Source: the human T2T-CHM13v2.0 reference genome, Homo sapiens. From it: a stretch of 64,000 bases of DNA. Positions within the stretch are counted from its first letter, which is position 1. Every line of letters begins with the position of its first letter. The translations under genes and the position numbers were made by a program. Location: assembly GCF_009914755.1 (NCBI RefSeq), contig NC_060929.1; one strand, given 5' to 3'. The notes below the pieces were generated by a model. That model searched no databases. It saw nothing but the letters and a program-made list of their open reading frames with translations, and had not been told where the DNA came from. Below, piece by piece: positions 1-13,611 of this stretch.

Positions 1-1810
1 CAGTACTATGTTGAATCAAAGTGGTAAAATAAGTACTCTAGTCTTGTTCCAGGTCTTAGAGAAAAATTTTTCAGCTTTTTCTCATTTAGTATGTTAGCTG
101 TGGTTTTATCATATATGGCCTTTATTGTGTTGAGGTGCATTCCTTCTATATCCAGTTTGTTAAAAATTTTTATCATGAAGAGATATTAAATTTTGTCAGA
201 TAAATTTTCTGCATCTATTTATGATTATATGGGTTTTGTCCTTCATTCTGTTAATGTGATATATCATGCTTATTCATTTGCATACATTGAACCATCCTTG
301 AATCCTTTCAATGAATCTCACTTGATAATACTGAATTATATTTTTAATGTATTACTGAACTTGGTTTGCTAGAATTTTGTTGAAGATTTTTGAATAGATG
401 TTCATCAGGGATAATGGCCTGCAGTTTCCTTTTATCATTGTGCCCTTGTCTGGTTTTGATATCACAGTAATGCTGGCCTCATGGAATGTTTTATTTGGTA
501 TACATCTTGCTATCTTTGGTTTTCCATTTGAAATGACTATTTTTTCTATCCCTTCATTTTCAGTCTCTGTGTGCCTTACAAGTGGAGTGCTCTTTTGTAG
601 GCAGCATGTAGTTTTGTCTTCTGTTTTATCCATTTAGTCACTCTGTGTCATTTAATTGGAAAGTTTAATCCACTTATATTCAATGTAATTATTGATAAGT
701 GAAAACTTACAACTGTTTACAACTGCCATTTAGTTGCTAGTTTGTTTGCTTGTGTGTGTGTTTGTGTATCTATGCGTGTGTGTATAGAGCTTTTCTTATT
801 CTCTTCTGTCTTCCTTTGTAGTTAAGTGATTTTCTCTGGAAATATGTTTTGATTCTTTTTAAAAAATGTTTATCATTTATAAGTTTTTATTTTATGGTTA
901 CCATGAGACCTATTTTTAAAATCTTATATTTGAAACCATTTTTTAAAAATAAATAACAACTTATTTTGGTCACAAAAAAACCATCTACACTTTATCTGCA
1001 TTCCCGCTCCACATTTTTAATTTTTAATGTAACAATTTACATATTTTTATATTGCCTATCCTTCAACAGACTATTATAGTTATTATTTTACTAGTTTTAT
1101 TTTTTAACCTTAACACTGGTGTGTCATGTATACACCGAGATTACAGTATTATCATATTCTGAATTTGATTGTACACTTGGATTTACTAGTGAGTTTCATA
1201 CCTTCAGATGTTTTTGCATTACTCATTAGCATTCTTTTTATTCAGTTTGAAGTATTCCCTTTAGCATTTCTTAAAAGACATATCCATTGGTGATAAATTC
1301 CATCAGCTTTTCATTGTCTAGGAAAGTCTTTACCCTATATTTCTGAAGGATAGCTTATTGATTGGCCGGGTTTTTTTTCCCCTTTACCACTTTGAATCTG
1401 TCATCTCACTCCCTTCTGGCATGTAATGTTTCTGCTGTGAAGTCTTCTGCTTCCAGGCATATTGGCACTCCCTTATGTATTATTTGCTTCTTTCTTTATG
1501 TGGCTTTCAGGATCTACTTTTTTTCTTTGACGTTCGATAGTTTGACTATACTATGTCTTGGGGTAGTATTATTTAAATTGTATCTGATTGGTGACCTTCA
1601 GTCTTCCTGTACCTGTGTATTTATATATTTATCCAGGTTTGGAAAGCTTTCTGCTCTTACTTATTTAAATAAGCTTTCTACATTTTTGTCTTACTCTAAT
1701 CCCTCTTGAATGACAATGGGCCAAACATTACTTGTTTTCATAGTGTCCTATAGATCCTGTATGATTTCCTCATTTTTAGTTGTTTTGTTTTTCTTTTCTC
1801 CAATTATATA
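1..1810 (-). mobile_element. Old LINE-1 (L1M-type) ORF2/ORF1 remnant
   Basis: ORF 352-633 contains [14 protein letters not shown]...[20 protein letters not shown], a degenerate L1 ORF2 pre-RT segment (compare with 16743-17108). T-rich + strand. Confidence 0.8.
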
Positions 1811-1815
1811 TTATC

Positions 1816-2446
1816 TTTATTTTATTTTATTATTATTATACTTTAACTTTTAGGGTACATGTGCACAATGTGCAGGTTAGTTACATATGTATACATGTGC
1901 CATGCTGGTGTGCTGCACCCATTAACTCGTCATTTAGCATTAGGTATATCTCCTAAAGCTATCCCTCCCCCCTCCTCCCACCCCACAACAGTCCCCAGAC
2001 TGTGATGTTCCCCTTTCTGTGTCCATGTGTTCTCATTGTTCAATTCCCACCAATGAGTGAGAGTATACAGTGTTTGGTTTTTTGTTCTTGCGATAGTTTA
2101 CTGAGAATGATGATTTCCAATTTCATCCATGTCCCTACAAAGGACATGAACTCATCATTTTTTATGGCTGCATAGTATTTCATGGTGTATATGTGCCACA
2201 TTTTCTTAATCCAGTCTATCATTGTTGGACATTTGGGTTGGTTCCAAGTCTTTGCTATTGTGAATAGTGCCGCAATAAACATACGTGTGCATGTGTCTTT
2301 ACAGCAGCATGATTTATAGTCCTTTGGGTATATACCCAGTAATGGGATGGCTGGGTCAAATGGTATTTCTAGTTCTAGATCCCTGAGGAATCGCCACACT
2401 GACTTCCACAATGGTTGAACTTTGTGTTTACGGTGAACTAGTTTAC
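1816..2446 (-). mobile_element. 5'-truncated young LINE-1 3' end (L1PA2/3-like), ~0.6 kb
   Basis: T-rich tail at 1816-1840, L1 3'UTR with GAG (non-Ta) diagnostic, and ORF2 C-terminus in ORF 2040-2411 ([28 protein letters not shown]...SLIGGN). Confidence 0.92.
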
Positions 2447-2449
2447 GGT

Positions 2450-3650
2450 ATCAAATATCCTGTCTTTCAGTTCACACATTTATTTTTCTGCTTGATCAAT
2501 TCTGCCACCGATTCTATTAAGTTTTAAATTTTGTTCATTGTAGTATTTAGCTCCAGGATTTCTGTTTGATATTTTAAATTATTATTTTAACCTTTCTGAT
2601 AAATTTCTGTTATGTTTCTGAATTATTTCCCTGTATTTTCTTTAAGTTTGCTGAAGAGCTTTCTTAAAACAGAAATTTTGAATTGTCTGAGATGTCATAC
2701 ATCTCCATCTCATTAGGGTTAGGCATGAGCACCTTGTTTTGTTCATTTTTTGAGGTCATGCTTCCCTAATTAATTTTGTACCTTATATTCATATGTCATT
2801 ATCTGTGTGTTTAGTAAGTAGGTATTTATTGAAGCCTTTGCAGTCTGGCTTTGTATGTGTCCATCCTTCTACAGTAAGTCTGTTCAGAAATTCTGAGCAG
2901 ACTGACTGTCGTGGTCCTTAGATCCACGAACTCTGCAGCCATTTCAGCACGACAGAGTTCCCCAAGCGCAGGTCATGAGTCTTGCAAGAGCTCTGAAGCT
3001 GGTTTCATTCCCAACCTTTAATTTTCTGGGGAAGACCCAAGGAGGATGCCTAAGCTATGTGGGAAAACTGACTAGAGGCTTGAGCCCAGGAGACCTGTGG
3101 GCTTTGCTTCCTGCAGCATGGTGATGCTGACAAGTCTTCTATGCTGTGGCATGTTTACTGGCAGAAAAGGAGAACAACCACAGAGTTCCACATGCTGATT
3201 ATTGTAAGCTCTACCCCTATTCTTTATCTCTAGCTGACCTCAGGTAGTTCAGCCCTGCCAATGCTTGCAATTATTTTTGTGAGATAAAATAAAAGCAAAC
3301 CTCCTGCATAGAGTCTCAGAATGGTGGGGAAACTGGATGTCCACCTCTAACTCACTTTTTTCACTGTAGGAACTATAAGCTCAGTAAAATACCCCACTTG
3401 TGGTGCTTGGAGGAAGGGCACTGCAATCAAAGAGAGTCATCTCCATTACCATCTGATTGTGTTTTTTTTTCAGCTTTGAGGTTCAAGAGAGTATCACAAC
3501 CTTGCTCCTGATTTAAGAATATTCGGATTGGTAATCATACTTCTGGATAGTTGCTAGTTTGGATTCTGTGGATAGGAATGAAGCTGGAGAACTTCAGCTT
3601 CATCATATTTTTTTCATGTGACTTACTGGAATTCTTTATAGACTCTGTGA
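2450..3650 (-). mobile_element. Continuation of the old L1M (ORF1/5' region), degenerate
   Basis: L1M-like text resumes after the young L1 insert (aaatatcctgtctttcagttcac...). Boundaries approximate. Confidence 0.55.
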
Positions 3651-5179
3651 CCTTGAAAAATGAAAAAAACCGTAACACAGAATCTATCTCTTCAAGAAAA
3701 TAACATCTATTTTCTAGTAAAGTACTTCGATTCTTTGGAAAAACACATATTGTGAACATTCAAGGTCTTCATCATATGAACAGTACCCATTTCTAACATC
3801 ATTGATCCTTGGTGATACAGCAGAAGGGACTTACTAAATAAACAATAGTCTTGAAAATTATTACAGTTAACTTTTTAAAAGATCAAAGTGATTACATTTC
3901 TAACATGGAAAGTATGTTGTTATAGAATTATCAAAGCATTTTAACTTCTGTTTTAGTAACAGTAAGCTAACTGATTTAGCAAAGAGACCCAAAATTGCAT
4001 AATGGCATAAGCACCATAAAAGTCTGGTCATTGTGCCCACATACCCTTTCAGGTCAATGAGGGGTAAATGAATTACTGATGCAGCAACAGCACAAATGAA
4101 TCTCAAAATAATTAGGTTGAATTTTGGGGGGTCTCCTCTTGGCAGTGTCAATGTCTTAGTCAACATGTGGTCTCCAAGACTCTCTGGACGTCTCCAACCA
4201 ACACATGAGCAAAGGCTGAAAGGCTCACACCAGAAGTAACGTGCATTGTTTTCCAATGCTCACATTATATTGGCCAGAATTAGTTATCTGGCCCCACCTA
4301 AAGATGCTAGGATAAGAAAATAAATTTCCTGGGTAGCCATTTTCCAGAAACAATTCTAATTCACAAATGGGGAAACAGCAATCTTTGACGACAGTAAACT
4401 TTCTTTGACAAATAAGTGTTAAAAGAATTTGTATTTGTTTTATTTATTTTACCCAATACTCTGGAACATTGAAACGTATTCTGGATTTTTCCCCTAAATA
4501 TTTTTCTCCTTTTTCAAGTCTCTAATCCTTTTCTTTAATCAATAGCATTAAGTATAGGCAAGAGAGTATAAGCTGGTATCCAACAGAGTGTTTAAATATT
4601 GCTTCTTAACATATTTATCTATTCTCAGTTTTAGCCCTAGGTGTTTATTATATAATTTCTCTTTGTCATGGCTCTTAATTCTTGTTTGATATAGGATATA
4701 TGTGATGTATTTTGGCTTATTTCCTCATTTCTAACTTTGAATTACTATTTTCCTGTTAGCAATATGTAATTTACCATTTACCTATTTTGTGAGATATTTT
4801 TCAAGGATTATAGTTTTTTTCAGAATTTTTATGTTTTTTTCTAAATTTTCCTTTTCTTTGGGACTTATGTCATATTCTTGCCTTTTGGGTTCCGCCTTTT
4901 CTTCTCTTTTTAAACATCTCTAAAATATTTATTTTAAAAATTTTTTGCAAGCTTTGAAACAGTTCCAAAATAGATAAAACCCAAAAGTTAATCAACTGGT
5001 GGCAGTTTCTGGATGTCTCTCAAGAAGGTTAAGGAGGGATGTTCTCTTGTGTGCTTCTATTTGTTTCTTACCTGACTTGGGAGCTGTTTAAGGAAGGCAC
5101 ACTTTGCCCCTAGTGGTGAAGACTTTATAGTGAAAGAGTTTTACATTTGTCTCTGCCTGGTCCACAATATTTTATCACT

Positions 5180-6140
5180 TCTAGACTATTTTTGTTTCCT
5201 ATCAGCATTACTGAAATGTCTAAGTAACACAACATACATGTTAAAGGTAAAATTGCATAAATTTGACAAATGTATACAATCATGTAACCACAACATTTAT
5301 TTCCCTTACTCAAATTTCTGTCTAATGTCCTTGTAGAGGATTTGTTCATACTTCCATCCCCAGACCCAGGTAATGCCAAATCTTCTTCCTATTACTAAAA
5401 TTGTGCCTTTTCCAGAATTTCATATAAATGCAGTCACAAACCATGTGTTTTTTGGGGGTATGCTGGACTTATTTTACTTATTTAATGCTCTTGAGATTCA
5501 TTTCTGTTGGGTGTATCAGTAGTTTATTCCTTTTTATTGCTAGACTGTATTCCATTAGATGAATATACCACAACTTGTTTATTCATTCACTAGTTGATAG
5601 ACTTTTGGGCTATTTTTATTCTTTTGCTATTATGAATCTGTGTGCTACACAAATTTTGCATACAAATCTTTGGACAGATGTTCTCATTTCTCTTTGAGTA
5701 CATATCTAGGAAGGATTGCTAGGTTATATTAAAAAAAGTTTGTCTTTATAAGAAATTGCTGACAATTTTTCAATAAGGCTATTTCATTTTGTATTATCAC
5801 TAGCTTTGTATAAGAGTTATCCTTGCTCCAAATTCTCTTCATTGTATAGTCCTCTCAGTGTTTATAATTTTGGCCATTATAGTGTGTATGTAGTGATACC
5901 TTAGTAAGGTTTAAATTTACACTTCACTAATAATAATGTCCTTCATTTATATGTACTTATTTACATCTGTAATTCTTCCTTGATACGGTGCATGTTCAAA
6001 TATTGTGTCATATTCTGTGCTGCATTATTTAATTTTAAGTGTGTTTTATATATTCCAGATACAAATTATTTATTAGGTTTATTTTTCAAATATTTTCTCC
6101 CAGAATTTTGGTGACTTTTTCATTTTATTAACGGTATCTT
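5180..6140 (-). mobile_element. Old L1M 3' region fragment (continues ~7535-7880)
   Basis: Typical antisense L1M 3' text (gtattccatt...ataccacaacttgtttattcattcac...gttgat). Split by the THE1 insertion. Confidence 0.7.
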
Positions 6141-6142
6141 TT

Positions 6143-7534
6143 TTATATGGTTTGACTAAGTCCCCACCCAAATCTCATCTTGACTTGTAGCTCCCATAAT
6201 CCCCACATGTCATGGGATAGACCCGGTGGGAGGTAAGTGGATCATGGGGTTGGGTTTTCCCATGATGTTCTCATGATAGTGGATAAGTTTCATGAGATCT
6301 GATGGTTTTATAAAGGGCAGTTCCCCTGCACATGCTTTCTTGCTTGCTGCCATGTAAGACATCACTTTTCTCCTCCTTTGCCTTCCACCATGATTGTCAG
6401 GTCTCCCAAGCCATGTGGAAATGTGAGTCCATTAAGCCCCTTTTTCTTTATAAATTACTCAGTCTTGGATTTTTCTTCATAACAATATGAAAATTGATAA
6501 ATATAGTAAATTGGTATCAGTAGAATGGAGTACTGCTATTAAGATACTAAAAAATGTGGAAGTGACTTTGGAACTGGTTACAGGCAGAGGTTGGAACAGT
6601 TTAGAGGGCTCAGAAGAAGACAGGAAAATGTGGGAAAGTCTGGAGTTTCCTAGAGACTTGTTGAATGGGTTTGAGCAAAAAGTCCAGGCTGAAGTATTCT
6701 CAGATAGAAATGAAGAACTTATTGGGAACTGGAGCAAAGGTGATTCTTGCTATGCTTTAGCAAAGAGACTGGCAGCATTTGGCCTCTGTCCTAGAGATTT
6801 GTGGAAGTTTGAACTTGAGAGAGATGATTTAGGGTATCTAATGGAAGAAATTTCTAAGCAGCAAAATGTTCAAGATGTCACTTAGGTGCTCTTAAAACAC
6901 TCAGTTTAATTCATTTACAAAGATATGGTTTGGAATTAGAACATATGTTTAAAAAAGAAGCAGAGCATAAAAGTTTGGAAAATTTGCAGTCTGATGATGT
7001 GATAGAAAAGAAAAACCCATTTTCTGAGGAGAAATTCAAGCCAGGTACACAAATTTGGGCTGTGGACTTTTGACTTACTGCTGAAATGAGTTAAGACTTT
7101 GGGAGATTGTTGGGAAGGGCATTGATTGGTTTTGAAATGAGAGGACATGAGATTTGGGAGGAGCCAGGGTGAAATGATATGGTTTGGCATGTCCCCACCC
7201 AAATCTCATCTTGAATTTTAGCTCTCATAATTTCCACATGTCATAGGAGGGACTCACTGGGAGATCACTGAATCTTGGGGGAGGGTTTTCCCATGCTGTT
7301 CTCCTGATAATGAATAAGTTTCATGAAGTCTTATGGTTTTATAAAGGGCAGTTCCTCCACATGCTCTCTTGCCTGCTGCCATTTAAGACATGCCTTTGCT
7401 CCTACTTTGCCGTCCATCATGATTGTGAGGTGTCCCCAGCCAGGTAGAATTGTGAGCCAGTTAAACCTTTTTTTCTTTATAAATTACCCAGTCTCTCATA
7501 TTTCTTTATAGCAGTATGAAAATAGGCTAATACA
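6143..7534 (+). mobile_element. THE1 (ERVL-MaLR) provirus with internal deletion: LTR 6143-6505, internal 6506-7174, LTR 7175-7534
   Basis: Both LTRs start t(g/t)atatggtttg...ccccacccaaatctcatcttga and end in aata(c/t)a. Purine tract before the 3' LTR. TSD ctttt/cttta. MaLR-int ORF remnant at 6487-6885. Confidence 0.9.
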
Positions 7535-7736
7535 CTTTATATAATAAAAAAGTTAATTTTGTTGTATTGCAATTTTTCATATTTTTATTTCATAGGTTGT
7601 ACATTTTGTGTTTTAGAAATCTTTGCTTAACCCAAGGTCACAAAAAATTTTATCCTGGAAGTTTTATAATTTTGGCTTTTGCCTTTATGTATGATTCAAG
7701 TTAGCTTATTTATAAAGTATAATGTAATCACTGTGA

Positions 7737-8234
<498 letters not shown>

Positions 8235-8756
8235 TAGGCTGTTTGATATTGGTGGATAGGCTTCTGATATTTTATTTATTGTTCTTATCCTTCCTCTCAC
8301 TTTGCCTTATTTTAAATGCTTTCTATTGCTATGTCTTTAAGTTCACTAATCTTTTCTTAGGTGGATTTTTATTTTTGTTATTGTATCTTTTATCTCTAGA
8401 AGTTTTATATTTTATTTTATATCTTTGTTACTTTCCTCATCATCCTGATGCTTTTTTAATACTCTTGACATTAAAGGCAAGTTTATTGTTGCTGTTTTAA
8501 TTTCCTTATCTGAAGATTTCATTATCCAACTTTAGTATTTCCAGGTCAGTTTTTATTAATTGTTTATTCTTACTATGAGTCATGCTTTCTTGTCTACTTG
8601 CATGCTTGATATTTTGGGAATGGATGATAGAAATTGCACATTCATTTTATTTAATAGGGACTTGTTCTGATGATAACTTATGTTACTTTACCTTTGAAGA
8701 GGCATTTTATGACTCCAGTTTTATCCTCCACTTCTCCACAAGCTTGTCTACTACCT

Positions 8757-9205
8757 GTGGAAGTTATCAATATCAAAATGAAGTCACTCATGTTATACCC
8801 TAATAAAATGGAGTTGGGAGACCATGAAGAAGGAGACTTTATGTACATTTGCCTGATAGCAAGAACTATCACAGGATACTCTGCCAAATCCACAATCTTG
8901 TACAAAGGTCACCACAACCTTGCACAAGGATAACTCCTGCAATGACACCTGCCCAGCAACTGCCTGTTTTACTAATGGACTGATTCCAGCCTTGTTATTA
9001 ATTCTTATAGCTACAGATAATTATTCAATAACCATTAATGTATATGCCCTCATATTGCCTTTAAAAAGCTTTGCCTTCCTTTTCCTCCTTGGATGTGCCA
9101 GTGTTTCACCATAGCATCCATATACTGGATTGCAAATTCCTACTATTCCTGAAAAAATTATTGGTTCTGGAGAGCTGGTCTCTCTGCTGTTTATTTTTTA
9201 CTGAC
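8757..9205 (+). mobile_element. Solo ERV1-class LTR (MER72/LTR54-like)
   Basis: Starts tgtggaagttatcaatatcaaaatgaagtcac; contains aagaactatcaca...ccacaaccttgcacaa...ctgcccagcaactgcctg, recalled from MER4-group LTRs. Family uncertain. Confidence 0.55.
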
Positions 9206-10240
9206 CCACCTCAATTCTAACTTGAACAACACTGTGTTTTAATAAAATAATGAGTTTAAGGGACATTGGGCATTTTTTTGGTAGAGATTTCTGGACGACA
9301 AAGTCTTAGGTATTTCAACTATGTATGTAATTTTATTTCTTTAAAACCACTCTTTCAGTGTGAGCACAGTGGACTGCAGGGAAATGGGGGACTTACTTCT
9401 AGTATACATTGACCCCAGCACTTTACAGGTGATATGACAGCAATGTGAACCAGGTTCCCAAAAAAATTAGTTTCCTTCTTCAAAACATATCTAATCACTA
9501 AAGGGATAATCCTATGTAATGTGGCAGATATAACAATCATCTTCCCTAGAAGAATAAAATTGGCAACGTTCTCTCTAATGAATCCATTTGTAAGTTACAT
9601 GTTTTAACTTGCTTTTTGCTTTAGGCTGTCACAGCATTGTAATTAACCATACCCAGGTCTGGCAGTATGGATGTAGGATTGAGACATTCCCTGAATTTTC
9701 TCCCTAAATCCTTCTCTCCATTTTTTCCCAAGCATCTAATCCTTCCTTTTTTCTTTACATTTTGCCACATTAACCTTGGCAAGGCAGGTGAGCCATCACC
9801 CCTCAGGGTACTAGGAACAAATTCAAAAGGCATTTTCACTGAGCTTGGGTAAAATCCCATTGTCTGACAAAGAATAACTTTCACAAGCATAAAATACTTA
9901 TTATACAGTTGAACAATAGGGTTTATTGTTACCTGGGTCCAATTTTAATGTTATTATAATGTTGAAACTTCTTTCTCTGAAAAGCTTCCAGAAAATAACC
10001 TGACTAAACTGTAAAGTTAACGGTGTTGGATTTTAAGATAAACAAGAGAGTTAGCTATTTTCTAAGCACTGAGCACTCATTCTGATATCCTGAGCTCTGG
10101 CTTAGAATTTGACATTTGCTGACTTTCTATAACAGAGGGCCCATCCTTAAACAAAGTTCGAATCCTCTGATCAAGTGACCTTTCATTCTCTCAGCATACC
10201 TAATCATTTTTCTTTCCATCACTCTGTACTCTATAATTAC

Positions 10241-10644
10241 TTTAACTCGTGTCCATGTGAAGAGACCACGAAACAGCCTTTGTGTGAGCAATAAAGCTGT
10301 TTATTTCACCTGGGTGCACGCAGGCTGAGTCCAAAAAGAGAGTCAGTGAAGGGAGATAGGGGTGGGGCCGTTTTATAGGATTTGGGTAGGTAAAGGAAAA
10401 AGGGGGGTTGTTCTCTGGTGGGCAGGAGTGGGGGTCACAAGGTGCTCAGTAGGGGAGCTTTTCAGCCAGGATGAGCCAGGAGAATGAATTTCACAAGACA
10501 ATGTCATCAGTTAAGGCAGGAACAGGCCATTTTCACTTCTTTTGTGGTGGAATCTCATCAGTTAAGGCAGGAACCGGCCATCTGGATGTGTACGTGCAGG
10601 TCACAGGGGATATAATGGCTTAGCTTGGGCTCAGAGGCCTGATA
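10241..10644 (-). promoter_or_regulatory. HERV-H 3' LTR (LTR7 family)
   Basis: gtgaagagaccac...tttatttcacctggg (minus-strand AATAAA at 10299-10304), TATAAAA at ~10371-10377, GC/GT box, two tcatcagttaaggcaggaac repeats, end ...cagaggcctgata. PPT at 10645-10657. Confidence 0.93.
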
Positions 10645-11099
10645 TTCCTGTCTTCTTATATTAATAAGAAAAATAAAACAAAATAGTGGTAAAGTGTTGG
10701 GATGGTGAAAATTTTTTGGGGGTGGTATGGAGAGATAATGGGCAATGTTTCTCAGGGCTGCTTCTAGCGGGATTAGGGGTGGCGTGGGAACTTAGAGTGG
10801 GAGAGATTAAGCTGAAGGAAGATTTGTGGTAAGAAGTGATATTGTGGGGTTGTTAGAAGAAACATTTGTCACTTAGAATTATTGGTGATGGCCTGGATAC
10901 AGTTTTGTATGAATTGAAAAACTAAACAGAATAAGAGCAGGAGAAAAACAGGTATTAAAGGACTAAGAATTGGGAGGACCTAGGACATCTAATTAGAAAG
11001 TGCCTAAGGAGGTTCAACATAGCTTTGCCAGCAAAGATTATTTATTTACTTTAAGAGTTAAGAGTGGTGGTTTGGGGATAGCACCAAGAAATATCAGCT

Positions 11100-13611
11100 A
11101 TGATGGCTTGGAGAAACAGTGTAAACTGGCAGTGTAAACAAGAGCAGGGCATGTATGAGTAGTTGAGAATGGTGAATAGGAGTATGACTAGACAGAAGAT
11201 AGTAGGGATGACAAGTTTTTTGGGGCACAGTCCAAGTTGGTCTGGTGTCTGGAATGAGACTGGGGCCTAATAAAAAGAGCGTCTATACAGGAGCTCAAAT
11301 GGGCTGTACCTTGTAGCATTCTGAGGACAGGCCTGAATTCTGAGAAAGGAAAGTGGTAAAAGTATTGTCCAGTCCTTTTTAAGTTGGTGGCTGAGCTTGG
11401 TGAGGTGTGTTTTTAAAAGACCATTAGTCTGTTCTACCTTTCCTGAAGACTGAGGACTGTAAGGGATATAAAGTTTTCACTGAATACTAAGAGCCTGAAA
11501 AAATGCTTGGCTGATTTGACTAATAAAGGCCAGTCTGCTATCGGACTGTATAGAGGTGGGAAGGCCAAACCGATGAATTATGTCTGACAGAAGGGAAGAA
11601 ATGACCTTGGTGGCCTTCTTAGACCCTGTGGGAAAGGCCTCTACCTATCCAGTGAAAGTGTCTGCCTAGACCAAGAGGTATTTTAGTTTCCTGACTCGGG
11701 GCATTTTGAGTAAAGTTAATTTGCCAGTCCTGGGCGGGGGCAAATCCCTGAGCTTGATGTGTAGGGAAGGCAGGGGGCCTGAATAATCCCTGAGGAGTAG
11801 CAGAATAGCAGAAGGAACACTGAGAAGTTATTTCCTTGAGGATAGATTTCCATGATGGAAAGGAAATGAGAGGTTCTAAGAGGCAGGCTAGTGGCTTGTA
11901 CTATAGCATAGCCTGCCTTTGCTGGTGTGTGGTGATTAGGCCTGGTGGAACTGTCATCAATAAACCAAGTGTGATCAGGTTGAGAAACAGGGAAGGAGGA
12001 AATGTAGGGAAATGGGGTGAACGTCAGGTGGATCAGAGAGATGCAGTCATGAGGGTCAGGTGTGGTATCAGGAATAATGTGGGAGGCTGGATTGAAGTCC
12101 GGGCCAGGAACAATGGTAATTGTGGGACACTCAACAAAGAGTGAGTACAGCTGAAGGAGCCAGGGAGCAGAAAGTATATGCATCAGGTGTGAGGAAGAAA
12201 ACAGATTTTAGAAATTATGAGAGCTGTAGAGAGTGAGTTGAGCATAGTTTGTGATTTTAAGGGCCTCTAAAAGTATTAGGATGGCAGTAGCCACTGCATG
12301 GAGACATGATGGCCAGCCTAAAACAGTAAGGTCAAGTTGTTTGGACAAAAAGGCTACAGGACGTGATCCCAGTCCTTGTGTAAGTATTCTGACTGCACAG
12401 CCCTGCACTTTGGTTGTGTGTAATGAAAAGGGTTGGGATGAGTCAGGGAGAGCTGGGGTGGGGGCAGTCTCTAAAGCTGTCTTCAAGGAACAGAAAGAGG
12501 AGTGGGGAAGGATTTAGGATCTATGGGGTCAGCTAGGTTTCCTTTTGTGAGTTTATATAATGGTTTTGTTAGGATGGCAAAACCAGGTATCCAAAGGCAA
12601 AAGTATCCAACCATGCCCAGGAAGGAAAGAAGTTGTTGTTTTGTAGAAGGGGTTGGGGTTTGAGAGATTAGTCAGACATGATCAGCAGGGAGAGCACGTG
12701 TGTTTTTATGAGAATTATGCTGAGATAGGTAACAGATAACGAAGAAATTTGGGCTTGACTGAAGTAATGGGGTCTGTCTGTTAAGCTTTGCAGCAGTACA
12801 ACCCAGGTAATTTGCTGAGCCTGATGGTTGTCAGGGTCAGTCCAAGTGAAAGTGAAGAGAGGCTGGGATGAAGGGTGCAAAGGAATAGCAAAGAAAGCAT
12901 GTTTGAGATCAAGAACAGAATAATGGATTGTGGAGGGAGGTATTGAGGATAGGAGAGTATATGGGTTTGGCACCATGGGGTGGATAGGCAAAACAATTTG
13001 GTTGATAAGGCATAGATCCTGAACTAACTTATAAGGCTTGTCTGGTTTTAGCACAGGTGAAATGGGGGAATTGTAAGGAGAGATTATAGGCTTTAAAAGG
13101 CCATGCTGTAGCAGGCCAGTGATAAGAGGCTTTAATCCTTTCAAAGCATGCTGTGGGATGGGATTTTGGCATTGAGCGGGGTAAGGGTGATTAGGTTTTA
13201 ATGAGATGGTAAGGGGTGCATGATCGGTCACCAAGGAGGGAGTAGAGGTGTCTTATACTTGTGGGTTAAGGTGGGGGGATACAAGAGGAGGACACAAAGG
13301 AGGCTTTGGATTGGGAAGAAGGGTGGCAATGAGATGCAGCTGTAGTCCAGGAATAGTCAGGGAAGCAGATAATTTAGTTAACGTGTCTCGGCCTAATAAG
13401 GGAACTGGGCAGGTGGGGATAACTAAAAAGGAGTGCTTAAAAGAGTATTGTCTAAGTTGGCACAGAGTTGGGGAGTTTTAAGAGGTTTAGAAGCCTGGCT
13501 GTCAATACCCACAGCAGTTATGGAGGCAAGGGAAACAGGCCCTTGAAAAGAAGGTAATGTGGACTGGGTAGCCTCCATATTGATTAAGAAGAGGACGGAC
13601 TTACCCTCCAC
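11100..13611 (-). pseudogene. HERV-H pro-pol remnant (protease, RT, RNase H, partial integrase), frameshifted and deleted
   Basis: FLINMEAT (degenerate DTGA), YNSPISPVLKP..YKLVQDL, VLDLKHAFFAIPL, PVAFLSKQLD..GWPSCL, WFIDDSS. Confidence 0.9.
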
